NCBI GenBank assembly: GCA_036253495.1
Contig: GCA_036253495.1_4125.1
Strand: one strand, 5' to 3'
DNA length: 64,000 nucleotides
From: a phage
The notes under the pieces are model-generated. The model saw nothing but the letters and a program-made list of their open reading frames with translations, had not been told where the DNA came from and ran no database searches. This document shows, piece after piece, positions 1 to 10,807 of the stretch. The stretch's first letter is position 1, and each line of letters starts with the position of its first letter. Made by a program: the position numbers and the translations under genes.

Positions 1-48
1 TATGTCGTAAAGATCATTAATGCGACACAACGTAGACAAGAATACAAG

Positions 49-390
49 ATGGAAATTCTACGCGGAGATAGTGAAATTCGTCTATATAATGTATCACGCT
101 ACACTAAGATACTGGTAAAACATTCTTATGAAGATGACGAGAAGTTAGCTGTAGCTAAAATTGATTCAAACACTTTCAAAGAACAAATGTTCATGGCTGC
201 TATGTCATATGATCAATTAACTTATAATAAGCTAGAAATGGGTTATAAATTACTTAGGTTATTAGAAGATCATTATGAAATTACAATTATGGACAAATTG
301 CTTACCAAAAGCCAAGAGGAACTAGAGAAAATGCATTTGTTATTAAAAAAATATATTGATGATAATTTAAATTATGGAGAAGTACGTTGA
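49..390 (+). CDS. hypothetical protein (113 aa from first ATG; frame is open to the window start, so the true start may lie upstream)
   Basis: ORF track; stop overlaps TTG start of next gene; no recognisable motif. Confidence 0.55.
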   Translation: MEILRGDSEIRLYNVSRYTKILVKHSYEDDEKLAVAKIDSNTFKEQMFMAAMSYDQLTYNKLEMGYKLLRLLEDHYEITIMDKLLTKSQEELEKMHLLLKKYIDDNLNYGEVR

Positions 391-1799
391 AAAGTAATTT
401 AGAAAATATACGCAAAAAAGCCGATAATTTAGTACTATGTTGTATAGGGGCTTTATTCGCTGTTACTTTAGTTTCCGGTGTTGTTCATGGTAGTTTTATT
501 ATTGCACTAATCGGTGCAGTTTTATTATTAGTAATGCTAACTCCTTTACTATTTGTTGAAAGTAATGCGTTCACTCGAACGTTGTTAAGTATAAATGTGA
601 TGTGCTGGAGTGCGTTACTAATACATCTTGGCTTAGGGATGGTGGAATGGCACTTTACAGTTTTTGTCTTTTTAAGTTTATTGATTGTATGGCGTGACTG
701 GCGTTGTGTATTAGCAGGTTCAGTACTGATTGCTATACATCATTTATTATTTGGATTGTTACAGGGTGCTGGAATTCCAATATTATTCGTGTTTTCTTTT
801 CACCATATTTCGTTATGGCACATTATAGAGCACGCAATATATGTAGTAGTACAGGCAATAGTTCTGATGTACGTAGCGTACATTATGGAGAAAGATGCAA
901 ATGAAGCAGATGAAATTCAACGAATTGCAAGATCAGTGAATTCTGAAGACGGCAATATTACTTTAGAAATACAAAATAATCATTTCAACTCCGAATTTGC
1001 ACAGACTTTTAGTAAAACAATATCAGCTATGCGTGAGGCAATTGAACAAGTACAAATTACAGTTCAGTCAATGAAAAGCAACTCCTATCATCTCGAAAGT
1101 AAAAGTAATGATTTAGCTTTCAGAACTGAAACACAAGGACAGGCACTTACTCAAATCGCTGCTGCTATGGAAGAATTAAGTGCTACATCTGCAAATACAT
1201 CTGATAACTCCAATACTGCAAAAAGTATGGTTAAAACTACAAAAGAATCCAGTACTAATGCAATTGAAAGTATCAATAATTGCAAAGAGCAGATGGATAG
1301 AATTAAAGAAGATTCTAATGCTATAGTTGCTATACTCAAAAATATAGAAACTATTGCTTTCCAGACTAATATTCTTTCTTTAAATGCCAGTATTGAAGCT
1401 GCTAAAGCTGGTGAACATGGACGTGGATTCTCTGTTGTTGCACAGGAAGTTCGTAACTTAGCAATGAAATGTGATGCATGTAGTAAAGAAATTAAAGAAA
1501 TCGTTGATAACTCCGTAAAAAACAACAACCAAGGAATAGAACAAATCAACGAAACTGCAAGTGATATTGATTCTATTGTAAAAAATGTTGATTCACTCTT
1601 GCAGTTCATTGATGATTTAGCTATAATGGCTGAACAACAAAGCATTGCAATCCTTCAGGTTACTGAGAGTGTTAATATGATGGACCGTTCAGTACAGCAA
1701 AATGCGGAGCATGTAAAGGACACAATGATGATGGTAGACAATCAACAGTCTGAAGTACATGCTTTACAAAAAGCCACTTCGATTTTTAACGTGAAATAA
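387..1799 (+). CDS. methyl-accepting chemotaxis protein-like membrane protein
   Basis: 470 aa; TTG start with GGAGA about 7 nt upstream; N-terminal ~150 aa strongly hydrophobic (several predicted TM helices); C-terminal region carries the MCP signalling-domain core [33 protein letters not shown]; intrinsic terminator immediately downstream. Confidence 0.85.
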   Translation: MKSNLENIRKKADNLVLCCIGALFAVTLVSGVVHGSFIIALIGAVLLLVMLTPLLFVESNAFTRTLLSINVMCWSALLIHLGLGMVEWHFTVFVFLSLLIVWRDWRCVLAGSVLIAIHHLLFGLLQGAGIPILFVFSFHHISLWHIIEHAIYVVVQAIVLMYVAYIMEKDANEADEIQRIARSVNSEDGNITLEIQNNHFNSEFAQTFSKTISAMREAIEQVQITVQSMKSNSYHLESKSNDLAFRTETQGQALTQIAAAMEELSATSANTSDNSNTAKSMVKTTKESSTNAIESINNCKEQMDRIKEDSNAIVAILKNIETIAFQTNILSLNASIEAAKAGEHGRGFSVVAQEVRNLAMKCDACSKEIKEIVDNSVKNNNQGIEQINETASDIDSIVKNVDSLLQFIDDLAIMAEQQSIAILQVTESVNMMDRSVQQNAEHVKDTMMMVDNQQSEVHALQKATSIFNVK

Positions 1800-1806
1800 T
1801 TTTAAA

Positions 1807-1832
1807 GCCAGGGTATTGACTCTGGCTTTTTT
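1807..1832 (+). terminator. rho-independent terminator
   Basis: GC hairpin gccagg..tctggc followed by TTTTTT. Confidence 0.7.
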
Positions 1833-1872
1833 CTTTGCTATTATTTTAATATTATTTAACCGAGGATATCAT

Positions 1873-2427
1873 ATGGACAATTACCTATTAATCTTACAAA
1901 TTTACAACGAACTGGGAAAACTTCTTGAAACGTGTAATTCACAGGGACGTAAATTAAGAATCGGTTTCGATTATGAAATTGAATACACAGGAGAGGGTAT
2001 TGCAACGCAGCAGATGTTCACAGAAGAAAATAAAACTATTCTGTGCGTTTACCCACATGAAGGTGATGAGGAAGACTGTGTTGTTGATTTTTCATATGAC
2101 AGTTCTTGGGCTTTTATTTCACGTAATCCTCGAATGAAAGAGGCAGTGGATTACAAAGAACCATCATATGATCCTATTGCGTTGTTCAGTACTGAGAATT
2201 TAGAAGAACAAAATTTCCAGAGTTCTGTAACTCACGATAAATTAATCACTGATGCACTTACGATTGAAGCTTTAGCACGTAACTATAAATTTGATTTCAA
2301 TCTCAATAATTATTATATGTCATATAGTGCAACAGCATCATTACTCACTGATGATCAATTAGTAGTATTACTCAAGGACTTGAAAAACTACGCACAAACG
2401 AGAAAAGAACATGAAAACACTAATTGA
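1873..2427 (+). CDS. hypothetical protein, FQ-motif paralog family
   Basis: Track ORF 1816..2427 trimmed to first ATG at 1873 (GAGGA RBS; upstream part overlaps the terminator); motif EEQNFQSS. Confidence 0.65.
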   Translation: MDNYLLILQIYNELGKLLETCNSQGRKLRIGFDYEIEYTGEGIATQQMFTEENKTILCVYPHEGDEEDCVVDFSYDSSWAFISRNPRMKEAVDYKEPSYDPIALFSTENLEEQNFQSSVTHDKLITDALTIEALARNYKFDFNLNNYYMSYSATASLLTDDQLVVLLKDLKNYAQTRKEHENTN

Positions 2428-2983
2428 TATTTTTAAAGTACTAGAAGAACTTACTCATAAGTTAGATGAACAAAAAAGAACTGAGAATATTTTTCATTAC
2501 TTCAACAATCCAATGTACCGATTAGTTTTTGATTGCAGTACTTTGTATCGTTATGCTAATATCCAAATACAACACTGCATTCAACATAAAACCAAAAATA
2601 TATGGTCAGTTGATGCTTCTTATGTGGCATCAGGCAGAGAGAGTAAATTTTTGGGTTCAGTTTCTGATTGTAGTCTTACTGTGAATAAACTCAAAGAAAC
2701 TAACGAATTAATCGTCAGAAATTTGTACGATGATTATTATGATGATGAAGAATATCTTCATATTGCACCTGAGCTACAAAATCCAGAAGAGCGAGAAGCA
2801 TATCTTTTCCAGTTGTCGTTGCTCCCAGGTTATGATATGATAGCTAAAGCTGATTTTGTATATCAACTATCAATGCAACTTGGTAGTGGGGAGTGTTCTG
2901 CTTTCAATAATCTATACAATGAAAGTACTGAAACACAAGAAGAATTATTGGAGGAATTAAATGCATTTCTCAAATCTTTATAA
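2411..2983 (+). CDS. hypothetical protein, FQ-motif paralog family
   Basis: ORF track; motif AYLFQLSL; short overlap with neighbours. Confidence 0.65.
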   Translation: MKTLIDIFKVLEELTHKLDEQKRTENIFHYFNNPMYRLVFDCSTLYRYANIQIQHCIQHKTKNIWSVDASYVASGRESKFLGSVSDCSLTVNKLKETNELIVRNLYDDYYDDEEYLHIAPELQNPEEREAYLFQLSLLPGYDMIAKADFVYQLSMQLGSGECSAFNNLYNESTETQEELLEELNAFLKSL

Positions 2984-3539
2984 TTACATGTCCGAAGAGT
3001 ATCAATATTACACTAAGATGGTTTTGAAAGTGAATGCTATTCTTAATAGTGATTTATGTAAAACTAAAAAGACATTTAATCTCCCATATATGCGTTTGGC
3101 GATTACTAAAGACCAGGAAGGTATGTATGATCATGCAGTAGTTTCGATGAATGATCTACGTGTCTTTCTGATAATTAAGTACAATAAAGAAGATTTAACC
3201 AACAACGATGGGTACATTAACTACGATTATATTATTGGAGGAAATGCTGAAGTTCCAGGGACAAGTGAATTTGCAGGGATTGTTATTTCAGGTAAAAAAA
3301 TTCCAAAGATTAATCTTAACAGTAGTACTATAGAAGAAGAACTATTCCAGTTAAGTACTATGTACAGTACTAACGAATTGGATTTATTACTTTTCAGTAC
3401 AATCGTCAATCATGAACTGGATAAGAAAGACAAATACTGTCCATTGCAACAAATTGTTCATCGTTTCAAACGTAGTGAATTTAAAAGAATTCATGAAGGT
3501 CTGGACAGTCTTATTAACAATACTGGGGATTTCTCATGA
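2961..3539 (+). CDS. hypothetical protein, FQ-motif paralog family
   Basis: ORF track; motif EEELFQLST. Confidence 0.65.
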   Translation: MHFSNLYNYMSEEYQYYTKMVLKVNAILNSDLCKTKKTFNLPYMRLAITKDQEGMYDHAVVSMNDLRVFLIIKYNKEDLTNNDGYINYDYIIGGNAEVPGTSEFAGIVISGKKIPKINLNSSTIEEELFQLSTMYSTNELDLLLFSTIVNHELDKKDKYCPLQQIVHRFKRSEFKRIHEGLDSLINNTGDFS

Positions 3540-4096
3540 AATATAGTCTTTACTATAGAGGGAAGTTCCTTGAGAAGTTTATTGAAGATTGTGTAGCTGC
3601 ACTGAGTTTAATTCGTGAAGGTGAATACATTAAAGTCAATCACACTGTACTAAGAGATCTTAATTTTTTTCTGAGTGGTGATTTGAATAATGATATGCAC
3701 TTCACAATAACGTACAACCACAAAGATATCATTGAAATCAATACACAACAACGACACATAAAAGAATACACCCGATTACGCAATACCAAGACAAAGCGTG
3801 TAGTAATTAAAAAAGGTGATGTAGAGTTGATGTGTAAAGATAGTACTGCAATAGATATCAGTACTTACTTCGATAATGAAGAAGATATGGATTGTGATTG
3901 CTTCCAGAAGAGTTTAATTATTGATGATCCGTATGTACTGTACGGTGCAGTACTGGCTCCGTTCTGTCAGAAGAACTTACCAGATGGATGTACGGTTGAA
4001 TTGAACTTGACAGAACTCATGAATGATGATATATTTGAGTACATGAGTACTAACTCCAAGGCAATGATTGAACATATTAAGGCAATCCAATGTTAA
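3536..4096 (+). CDS. hypothetical protein, FQ-motif paralog family
   Basis: ORF track; ATGA overlap; motif DCDCFQKSL. Confidence 0.65.
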   Translation: MKYSLYYRGKFLEKFIEDCVAALSLIREGEYIKVNHTVLRDLNFFLSGDLNNDMHFTITYNHKDIIEINTQQRHIKEYTRLRNTKTKRVVIKKGDVELMCKDSTAIDISTYFDNEEDMDCDCFQKSLIIDDPYVLYGAVLAPFCQKNLPDGCTVELNLTELMNDDIFEYMSTNSKAMIEHIKAIQC

Positions 4097-4575
4097 ATCC
4101 AGCAGACGTTATTAAATTTTGTAAAATTCTTGAGAAGTATTCTCATAAATTTGTGCACGAAGTACAGATAATGATTGATGGCATTCCCTTTAACTTCGTG
4201 AAAAACAACGACATTATCGCTGTGTTCTGTGGCTCATGGACATTTTGTGAACTCAACTGTCAAGAATCTCAAAATGTTATTGTGAAACGAAACATGATCC
4301 TATCAAGGGAAAGTTCAGTATTCATTGAACCAAGTGGTGAAATCATATACGAGAAAAAGAACGGCGACAGAACTTTAGATGATTTTATGGCTGAATTGAG
4401 CCTTGATAATGAGTTTCATAGAAATGCAGTACTGATACATAGTGCTATGGTGCATGAAACTAATTTAAATTCTATATCAATTAATTTCGGTGTTTATTCT
4501 TATTACAAATTTACATTTGATATGATATTTCAAACACTTAACAAACATCCTATATTCTGGAAATGCAATGAATAA
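4090..4575 (+). CDS. hypothetical protein
   Basis: ORF track; tight packing. Confidence 0.6.
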   Translation: MLNPADVIKFCKILEKYSHKFVHEVQIMIDGIPFNFVKNNDIIAVFCGSWTFCELNCQESQNVIVKRNMILSRESSVFIEPSGEIIYEKKNGDRTLDDFMAELSLDNEFHRNAVLIHSAMVHETNLNSISINFGVYSYYKFTFDMIFQTLNKHPIFWKCNE

Positions 4576-5026
4576 AGACGATTACGAATTACTGAAAAAG
4601 TTAATCCAGTACTGCCTCAATGAACTGGATAATGGTAAAGCTCGAAAATCAGGTTCATGGTTTGATGTAAGCTATCCATCAGACGGCGATGATATGATGA
4701 CATTATGGTCAAATGAAAGATACATTGATTATAGTGTAATGGATAATACTACTATAGATTATGTCAATGACAATGTATGGTATTTCAATACACAGTTAAT
4801 CATTGATATTAAAAGTATAGATTTAAGTACTGAGATTGATGAAGCAACCATATTTCAATTAAGTACTTTGTATTCTGATGAAGTGATATATCCGTTATTA
4901 CTTCTCCTACAGTTGCGAGCCATTGCAGCAGAACGTGGTTTCACATCCATATCATTTGCTCATGACATTGATGTACGAAGAGCTGAAATTACAAAATTAG
5001 TTGAGGGATATGATGGAACACTTTAG
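4568..5026 (+). CDS. hypothetical protein, FQ-motif paralog family
   Basis: ORF track; motif DEATIFQLST. Confidence 0.65.
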   Translation: MNKDDYELLKKLIQYCLNELDNGKARKSGSWFDVSYPSDGDDMMTLWSNERYIDYSVMDNTTIDYVNDNVWYFNTQLIIDIKSIDLSTEIDEATIFQLSTLYSDEVIYPLLLLLQLRAIAAERGFTSISFAHDIDVRRAEITKLVEGYDGTL

Positions 5027-5504
5027 TACTAAAGACTTTGTGGAATTGCATAAAATTCTTGAAGAAAAATATATCAATGAACAATATGGTCGATTCGAAC
5101 TGGCTCCAGATATTATTCTTAAAATACAAAAAGATGGTATGATCCGAGTTGTATTTGAGCAGAAAAGAGGTTTAGACCATGACATTTTCATGCTCTTTGA
5201 TAGCAATAGTCCTATCTATGATGCACCAAGTTTCGATACAAGCACCATTGGTTCACAATCCGCAGTCTTTCATCCAGGAACTACTGTTGTAAAAATCGAT
5301 GGTGTAGATTGCAACATGCGACCTGTATCATTGGATGAAATTGATGAAGTTGAATTTCAGAACAGTACTGTGAATAATTATAGTGCAATGTTCACCTACA
5401 TGTGCTATCTTAACAGTACTTGTTGCAAATTTCTTATGTACACATCGTATGTAAATGAAGATGAAGTACTACACTATGTATTGAAAAAACTAAGAGAATT
5501 ATGA
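5001..5504 (+). CDS. hypothetical protein, FQ-motif paralog family
   Basis: ORF track; motif EVEFQNST. Confidence 0.65.
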   Translation: MRDMMEHFSTKDFVELHKILEEKYINEQYGRFELAPDIILKIQKDGMIRVVFEQKRGLDHDIFMLFDSNSPIYDAPSFDTSTIGSQSAVFHPGTTVVKIDGVDCNMRPVSLDEIDEVEFQNSTVNNYSAMFTYMCYLNSTCCKFLMYTSYVNEDEVLHYVLKKLREL

Positions 5505-5505
5505 T

Positions 5506-6108
5506 ATGATCATTGACATGCCTATTCTTAATAAAATGCTTAACCCTGTCATTACGTTAGCTAAAAGTATTTCTAATAATGAAAAGTTGCATCTCCCATA
5601 CTCTATGTTAACGTATGCAACTGATTTTTACAGGATTGAAATCTCGGCATGTGAACAACGAATTACACTAGCATTCAAACGCCTTGGTGCTGGACTTGCA
5701 AATGATTTTGATATTTCACTGATACTTCATGGTGAATTAGAAGATAGTAAAATTCTGTCCTATGAAAGAATTCTTCGCAGTACAAATGAAATAAAATTAT
5801 TCAAAACATTTTCACATTATAATGGTTCTGATGTTTCATATTATTTTGATAAGGATTCATTTAAGAATATCAAAAGTGTTGAAGTGAAAGATTTCAGCGA
5901 AGAATGGTATTTTCAAAATACATTAATTCATTCTTTACCTTCATATGAAGAAATGAAGATGAACATTGATCTTTATGAAAAATTAAAATCAGAACTGAAA
6001 TGTAATTTTCTATTATCAATGAACTACAAAAAGATCAGTACTGATGTGGTATTGGAAGATGAACTAATGAAACGAATTTGGTCTGCTATACCAGTTATTA
6101 AGGAATAA
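5506..6108 (+). CDS. hypothetical protein, FQ-motif paralog family
   Basis: ORF track; motif EEWYFQNTL. Confidence 0.65.
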   Translation: MIIDMPILNKMLNPVITLAKSISNNEKLHLPYSMLTYATDFYRIEISACEQRITLAFKRLGAGLANDFDISLILHGELEDSKILSYERILRSTNEIKLFKTFSHYNGSDVSYYFDKDSFKNIKSVEVKDFSEEWYFQNTLIHSLPSYEEMKMNIDLYEKLKSELKCNFLLSMNYKKISTDVVLEDELMKRIWSAIPVIKE

Positions 6109-6110
6109 TA

Positions 6111-6650
6111 ATGCACATTGCAACATTATCAAATACTAAAGAATTTGAGCTATGGCCTGAGAAAGTTAACAGCTTAAGACAGCGTTATGTGAATTTCTGC
6201 CGTGGTATCAGGAAAGCCAGTAGAATGTCACATTCACTAAGCATGTCAATTGATGGTTGTGTTATGAATGCAGATAAGAACCGTTTGTACGTTGAATCAT
6301 ACAGTTCGCAAGCTCTGTACATTATGCTTCATGCTGGTACACAAATCCCACAGAATTCGATTGGTTGTTATTCAATTACATGGTCTGGACGAAAGTCTAC
6401 TAAATTATATCCGTGCAAAAGAAACGACCAATCGTTCAGTGTTGATATTAATTACTGTGAGTACACTGAAGAAGAACACTTTCAGCACAGTACTCTTCAT
6501 GATATCATTGAGTACAATGAATGCATCAATGTACTGGATAAATGTTATGATTTAGAACATAATACTGGTATCGTTGTAGTTAATAATTGCTTTTTTGATA
6601 GTGATGTACTTGATACATTAGATTATTTTTTAGAGGGTTACAATGACTAA
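6111..6650 (+). CDS. hypothetical protein, FQ-motif paralog family
   Basis: ORF track; motif EEEHFQHST. Confidence 0.65.
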   Translation: MHIATLSNTKEFELWPEKVNSLRQRYVNFCRGIRKASRMSHSLSMSIDGCVMNADKNRLYVESYSSQALYIMLHAGTQIPQNSIGCYSITWSGRKSTKLYPCKRNDQSFSVDINYCEYTEEEHFQHSTLHDIIEYNECINVLDKCYDLEHNTGIVVVNNCFFDSDVLDTLDYFLEGYND

Positions 6651-7260
6651 CATTAGAACAGAGTATGTTAAGTACGAGAAAGCACTACGTGATTTACTAA
6701 ACATTGCACCGGATTTAATTAGAGCTAAACAAACACTATTTGACAAGTACGGTCCGAAAAGTGAACTCAAGCTATCAAAAAAGGGAAAACCCACACAATA
6801 TACAACGCTGTATAATAGATATAGCGTTGGGATTTGTAATATCTATACAGATGAATTAGTACTGGAATTAACCCAAGACGATGATGAAGAAGCACATGAT
6901 TTATTTCCTGAATTTGAAGAGTGCATGTTTAGTCCAGGTAATCCAGTGTTTTTAACCTTAAATGATGGAAGAAAAACGCTAAAAGAATCGTTCATCACAT
7001 ATGATGCCAAAACTAAAACACTAATGGATATTGAATCTGGGTATAAGACTGATCTGAAATCACTTGAAGATTGTAAGGGTGCATTGTTTCAGATGGGTGT
7101 AATCACAGAGGTTACCACTACACCAGAAGAATTATGGCTTATGGTTTCAGTACTGAATGATTGGTACAAAGTGAAGAGTCTACGAAATATGTTCATTTAT
7201 ATCAAGCCTGATTGCATCAAGAAAGAAACACTAATTAACAATATGGTAATACCTGAATGA
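6643..7260 (+). CDS. hypothetical protein, FQ-motif paralog family
   Basis: ORF track; motif GALFQMGV. Confidence 0.65.
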   Translation: MTNIRTEYVKYEKALRDLLNIAPDLIRAKQTLFDKYGPKSELKLSKKGKPTQYTTLYNRYSVGICNIYTDELVLELTQDDDEEAHDLFPEFEECMFSPGNPVFLTLNDGRKTLKESFITYDAKTKTLMDIESGYKTDLKSLEDCKGALFQMGVITEVTTTPEELWLMVSVLNDWYKVKSLRNMFIYIKPDCIKKETLINNMVIPE

Positions 7261-7856
7261 AAAAAGATCCAAATGAAGACTTAATCAATTCTTTAAGTAC
7301 TATCAAAGATTTGTGGTTACGATATCGTGGATTGTATAGTGTTAAAGATACAGAAAATAACATACTCCAAAGTCTTAAAATCACGATTCGAATGCAATTC
7401 AAAAATGGAATGGCAGTTGATGTTGAGATGAACAAAACTGGAGTTTATGTATATGATGGTTCTCGAACTGCAATCTTTATGGCAGAATTCATAGATGAAG
7501 ACTGTAATCTATATTGTTCATACGACATTGAAAGTGGTGATATCGAAATGTTCGCTAATGAACCTATCCTGCTCCGTTTCACTAAATCATGGAATGAAGA
7601 TTACATTATATATCAAAATGGAGGCTTCTTAAATTCCGATGAGGAACCCATCGATAACATAGAAGAAATGGCATTCCAGAGTAGTACTGTTAATGATGAT
7701 GCATTATCTTATCAAGAAATCCTTGACACAGTGAATGGTTATGATAAGATACAGGCTGCAATGAAAGAGAACGGTATCTGTTACCTTACAGTACTGGACA
7801 AACTCTTCTACGATGAACTGTGTTCGTACCTGAACTGTATTCTCACTGAGGATTGA
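7257..7856 (+). CDS. hypothetical protein, FQ-motif paralog family
   Basis: ORF track; motif IEEMAFQSST. Confidence 0.65.
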   Translation: MKKDPNEDLINSLSTIKDLWLRYRGLYSVKDTENNILQSLKITIRMQFKNGMAVDVEMNKTGVYVYDGSRTAIFMAEFIDEDCNLYCSYDIESGDIEMFANEPILLRFTKSWNEDYIIYQNGGFLNSDEEPIDNIEEMAFQSSTVNDDALSYQEILDTVNGYDKIQAAMKENGICYLTVLDKLFYDELCSYLNCILTED

Positions 7857-8272
7857 TGATGATTCTATACCATGCAAGTACTGTTAAAATTGACAACTTC
7901 TACATTCCTTATGGTGGTTTACATATGGGAGGGAAGCATAGTGCTCTTGAGGCTGCGTTACGCAAGCTGAGAAGCCCACTGAACGTTGTTGATGCTGACA
8001 CGGTGTACTTGCATACCTTAGAAGTTGACGTTGATAACGTGCTTCTGTGTGAGGATATGGGTAGTGATGACGAATGGCGATCACTTATTGAGTATTGTGA
8101 TACTGAAGGTTACGATGCAGTTCAGTACAAGAATGAATACGAGCCGGACAATGTTCCTAGTTATATGATTTGGGATACATCTAAAGTTCGTATTGTTGAA
8201 GTTGATGCTATGCATATGGATGAAGCTGAAATGATTATCGAAGATTTTCTTGATGAATATGAAGGTGTATAA
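7856..8272 (+). CDS. hypothetical protein
   Basis: Track ORF 7853..8272 (TTG) trimmed to ATG at 7856 overlapping upstream stop (TGATG). Confidence 0.6.
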   Translation: MMILYHASTVKIDNFYIPYGGLHMGGKHSALEAALRKLRSPLNVVDADTVYLHTLEVDVDNVLLCEDMGSDDEWRSLIEYCDTEGYDAVQYKNEYEPDNVPSYMIWDTSKVRIVEVDAMHMDEAEMIIEDFLDEYEGV

Positions 8273-8796
8273 TGACTGATTCAATGACAGTACTGGTACG
8301 TACTAAGTTACTATTGAAGATTGGTGAGATTTTCACAGATCTTATGCACAATCAAATTGATATTACAGAACTAGATATTAAGCAACCGTGGGAAATTACA
8401 AGGTTCTCGGCGTTCCACCGATTGTCATATAAAGGTGAAACTGTTCTTGATTTTAATCACAAAGCAAAATTCATGGATTATGCCGCGTTGTACCGAAATA
8501 ATTATTCAGGTTGTATAACCAATAACTTCAAAGGAATAAAAGTACAGATTGAATCAATTGAATTTAACGAATTACTATATCCAGAATTTAAGTTAACTGA
8601 AGAATCTATGTTTCAGTACTCACTAATTCTAAAAGATCTAGAAACTCTAGAGTACTACAGAGAGTTAGTAGATATTTTTATGAATGTTCGTCTTTCAAAA
8701 GATATTGTGATATTCTGGTATACAGAGCGTATTACAGAGGAAGTACTTGAAGAATTTCTCGTAAATATGACAGCTATTAAGGAGAATTTATGTTAG
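8272..8796 (+). CDS. hypothetical protein, FQ-motif paralog family
   Basis: ORF track; motif EESMFQYSL. Confidence 0.65.
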   Translation: MTDSMTVLVRTKLLLKIGEIFTDLMHNQIDITELDIKQPWEITRFSAFHRLSYKGETVLDFNHKAKFMDYAALYRNNYSGCITNNFKGIKVQIESIEFNELLYPEFKLTEESMFQYSLILKDLETLEYYRELVDIFMNVRLSKDIVIFWYTERITEEVLEEFLVNMTAIKENLC

Positions 8797-9254
8797 ACAT
8801 TTTAGGAAACATTGATACGGTAAACTTTTTTATTCAAGACGCAATTATCAATATCACATCAAAGCCAATCCAAGTTAGAAGTAACTTTTATAGTGGGGAT
8901 GGTTATATGGTTGATATTGTTGAAGTTAAGAAAAATGTTTTCCAAATCAATATTCTCACACAAACGAGAACACAGATTTCTCGTATCATCATCAATAAAG
9001 ATGAAGCCGTCATTCGTTATAATTCAAAATTCATGATGTTCTTTAAAAAGAAAACTGGTATGTTCAGTACTAATCTCTTTGATGAATCATTTTATTCAAC
9101 CGATGTGGAATCTACCTTCTTCACACAAAGTACATTTATCAAATTTGATAGTATTGAGTTCGATTCAAATATCATGTCAGAAACATTACAATGCCTAAAG
9201 GTATTACATAATGAATTTACCAACTTTATCGATAGCCGAAACAAGATTAACTAA
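8790..9254 (+). CDS. hypothetical protein, probable FQ-family member
   Basis: ORF track; degenerate motif FFTQSTF. Confidence 0.6.
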   Translation: MLDILGNIDTVNFFIQDAIINITSKPIQVRSNFYSGDGYMVDIVEVKKNVFQINILTQTRTQISRIIINKDEAVIRYNSKFMMFFKKKTGMFSTNLFDESFYSTDVESTFFTQSTFIKFDSIEFDSNIMSETLQCLKVLHNEFTNFIDSRNKIN

Positions 9255-9669
9255 TATAAATGAATTAGTTAATGCTATCTTATCATGCAAATTAAAAATT
9301 GATACCAAATGTAAGTACAATGGTATTAATTTATACAAATTAAAATATTCACGAATACATAATTCAGTAAAATACATTTACGGTACTAGTCAAATCATCT
9401 TTGAAACGGTTACAGTGAACAGTAAATTACTTATTGATGTTTATATCAGTAATAAGATTAAAAATTCACAAAAAGTGTTGACAGTTTCTTCTGATAATGT
9501 TACTATGTTTGATACCAACAATAAGAAGTTAGATATTGATTTAGATGTTATTCTTGATGGTGACTTATTCCAGTACGAGTGTATTGGTCTAAATAATCCA
9601 TTTGATAAATCAGTACTAGTCAATTTAATCAAACATATTAAGGGTATTTTAGATGAAACTAACAACTGA
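9211..9669 (+). CDS. hypothetical protein, probable FQ-family member
   Basis: ORF track; motif GDLFQYEC; 44 nt overlap with upstream ORF, start uncertain. Confidence 0.55.
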   Translation: MNLPTLSIAETRLTNINELVNAILSCKLKIDTKCKYNGINLYKLKYSRIHNSVKYIYGTSQIIFETVTVNSKLLIDVYISNKIKNSQKVLTVSSDNVTMFDTNNKKLDIDLDVILDGDLFQYECIGLNNPFDKSVLVNLIKHIKGILDETNN

Positions 9670-10153
9670 TATGAAACTTTGCATTTCTTTGATTATGCGT
9701 TCATTCGATGACAAAAGGACAAGTAAAGTTACTATCACCAATGACCATTTACAATGCAGTACACTCAATAGTACTGTAGTTTTCGGATTACATAGCCTCC
9801 GTTTGACGATAGTAAATAATATTGACAATACGGCGATGTGTATTACCCCCTGCCACGTTCAGGATGAACATGGTGTTTATCTTCACCACATGGGGACTTC
9901 GTATTTCATTTTCAATGAAGAAAAGGGAGTACAAAAAGACTTTAACACGTTGTGCGTAGACGGCGGTGAATTGTTCCAGATGGGAACTTTATATCAGTGT
10001 GATTTTACTGATACATCTGAAGTACTTCCATTATTTCTTGATCTCATTAAGAATTTAGGTTCATTTACTGGTCGCTATAACAAATCATTAAAGGCACAGG
10101 CAATTCAAAATATCTCGGAAGCAATAGAATATTACGAAAACGCTGTGTCGTAA
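9653..10153 (+). CDS. hypothetical protein, FQ-motif paralog family
   Basis: ORF track; motif GELFQMGTL. Confidence 0.65.
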   Translation: MKLTTDMKLCISLIMRSFDDKRTSKVTITNDHLQCSTLNSTVVFGLHSLRLTIVNNIDNTAMCITPCHVQDEHGVYLHHMGTSYFIFNEEKGVQKDFNTLCVDGGELFQMGTLYQCDFTDTSEVLPLFLDLIKNLGSFTGRYNKSLKAQAIQNISEAIEYYENAVS

Positions 10154-10193
10154 CACCAGCACATGGATGTGCGATGACGATCAAGGATAGATC

Positions 10194-10667
10194 ATGGAGA
10201 TTAAAACTGTTGAAAACGGAAAGATTGATGACATTTTAGAGTTGGACGCTTTCAAAGTGCATGATATAATGTTTAACGTAAGAGACATTATCCAATGCCT
10301 TTTCTTGTGCAGCAAGTCAATGTATGAACATTTCCATTGCCCACGTACTAATATTTTTATACTAACTATCAGTACTGAAAACTCATTTATAATGGGTATA
10401 CCAATGAATACGAATGAAGAATATATTGATTGTGTTGTTCGTAATGATCCTTCTATCACACCACAGAGTGAAGTGCATAAGAAGAAAAATACATATACTA
10501 TTAAAGACGATAAAATTATGATGTGCGTTACCAAGGGTTTTCTACTTGACAACTTCATAATCAAAGATAGTTATCATGACTTTAAAGTATCTGAGAAGCA
10601 AGTCAACGTAGTTCTATATGCAAGTGATATCGAGAGCCTTACAGTGAAAGATCCAGACCTGGAGTAA
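10194..10667 (+). CDS. hypothetical protein
   Basis: ORF track; AGGATAG RBS before ATG. Confidence 0.65.
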   Translation: MEIKTVENGKIDDILELDAFKVHDIMFNVRDIIQCLFLCSKSMYEHFHCPRTNIFILTISTENSFIMGIPMNTNEEYIDCVVRNDPSITPQSEVHKKKNTYTIKDDKIMMCVTKGFLLDNFIIKDSYHDFKVSEKQVNVVLYASDIESLTVKDPDLE

Positions 10668-10669
10668 TT

Positions 10670-10807
10670 ATGGCTAAGAAATCTAAAGTAAACAACTTTG
10701 TTGCAAAGCACTGTAATGAGTTTAATAAGGCTCAAGTGCACGTGGACCGCAAGAAAGCTGCAAAAAATGGAAAAATTAAACACCAGTCGAGATTTTATCT
10801 CGACTAA
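10670..10807 (+). CDS. small basic protein (45 aa), hypothetical
   Basis: ATG 2 nt after upstream stop with GGAG RBS; MAKKSKVNNF...; below track size cut-off; terminator hairpin overlaps its 3-prime end. Confidence 0.4.
   Translation: MAKKSKVNNFVAKHCNEFNKAQVHVDRKKAAKNGKIKHQSRFYLD

Noticed and set aside
704-904. Short alternate-frame + strand ORFs nested in annotated genes (also 6268-6555, 12216-12401, 12888-13094, 14947-15195, 21882-22127, 25343-25543, 31253-31444, 36200-36502, 45903-46133, 54210-54398, 61481-61690)
   Set aside because: Each lies wholly inside a longer, better-supported ORF in another frame.
1151-1645. 164 aa minus-strand ORF inside the MCP-like gene
   Set aside because: Entirely antisense to a well-supported + strand gene with a recognisable domain; low-complexity translation; no RBS.
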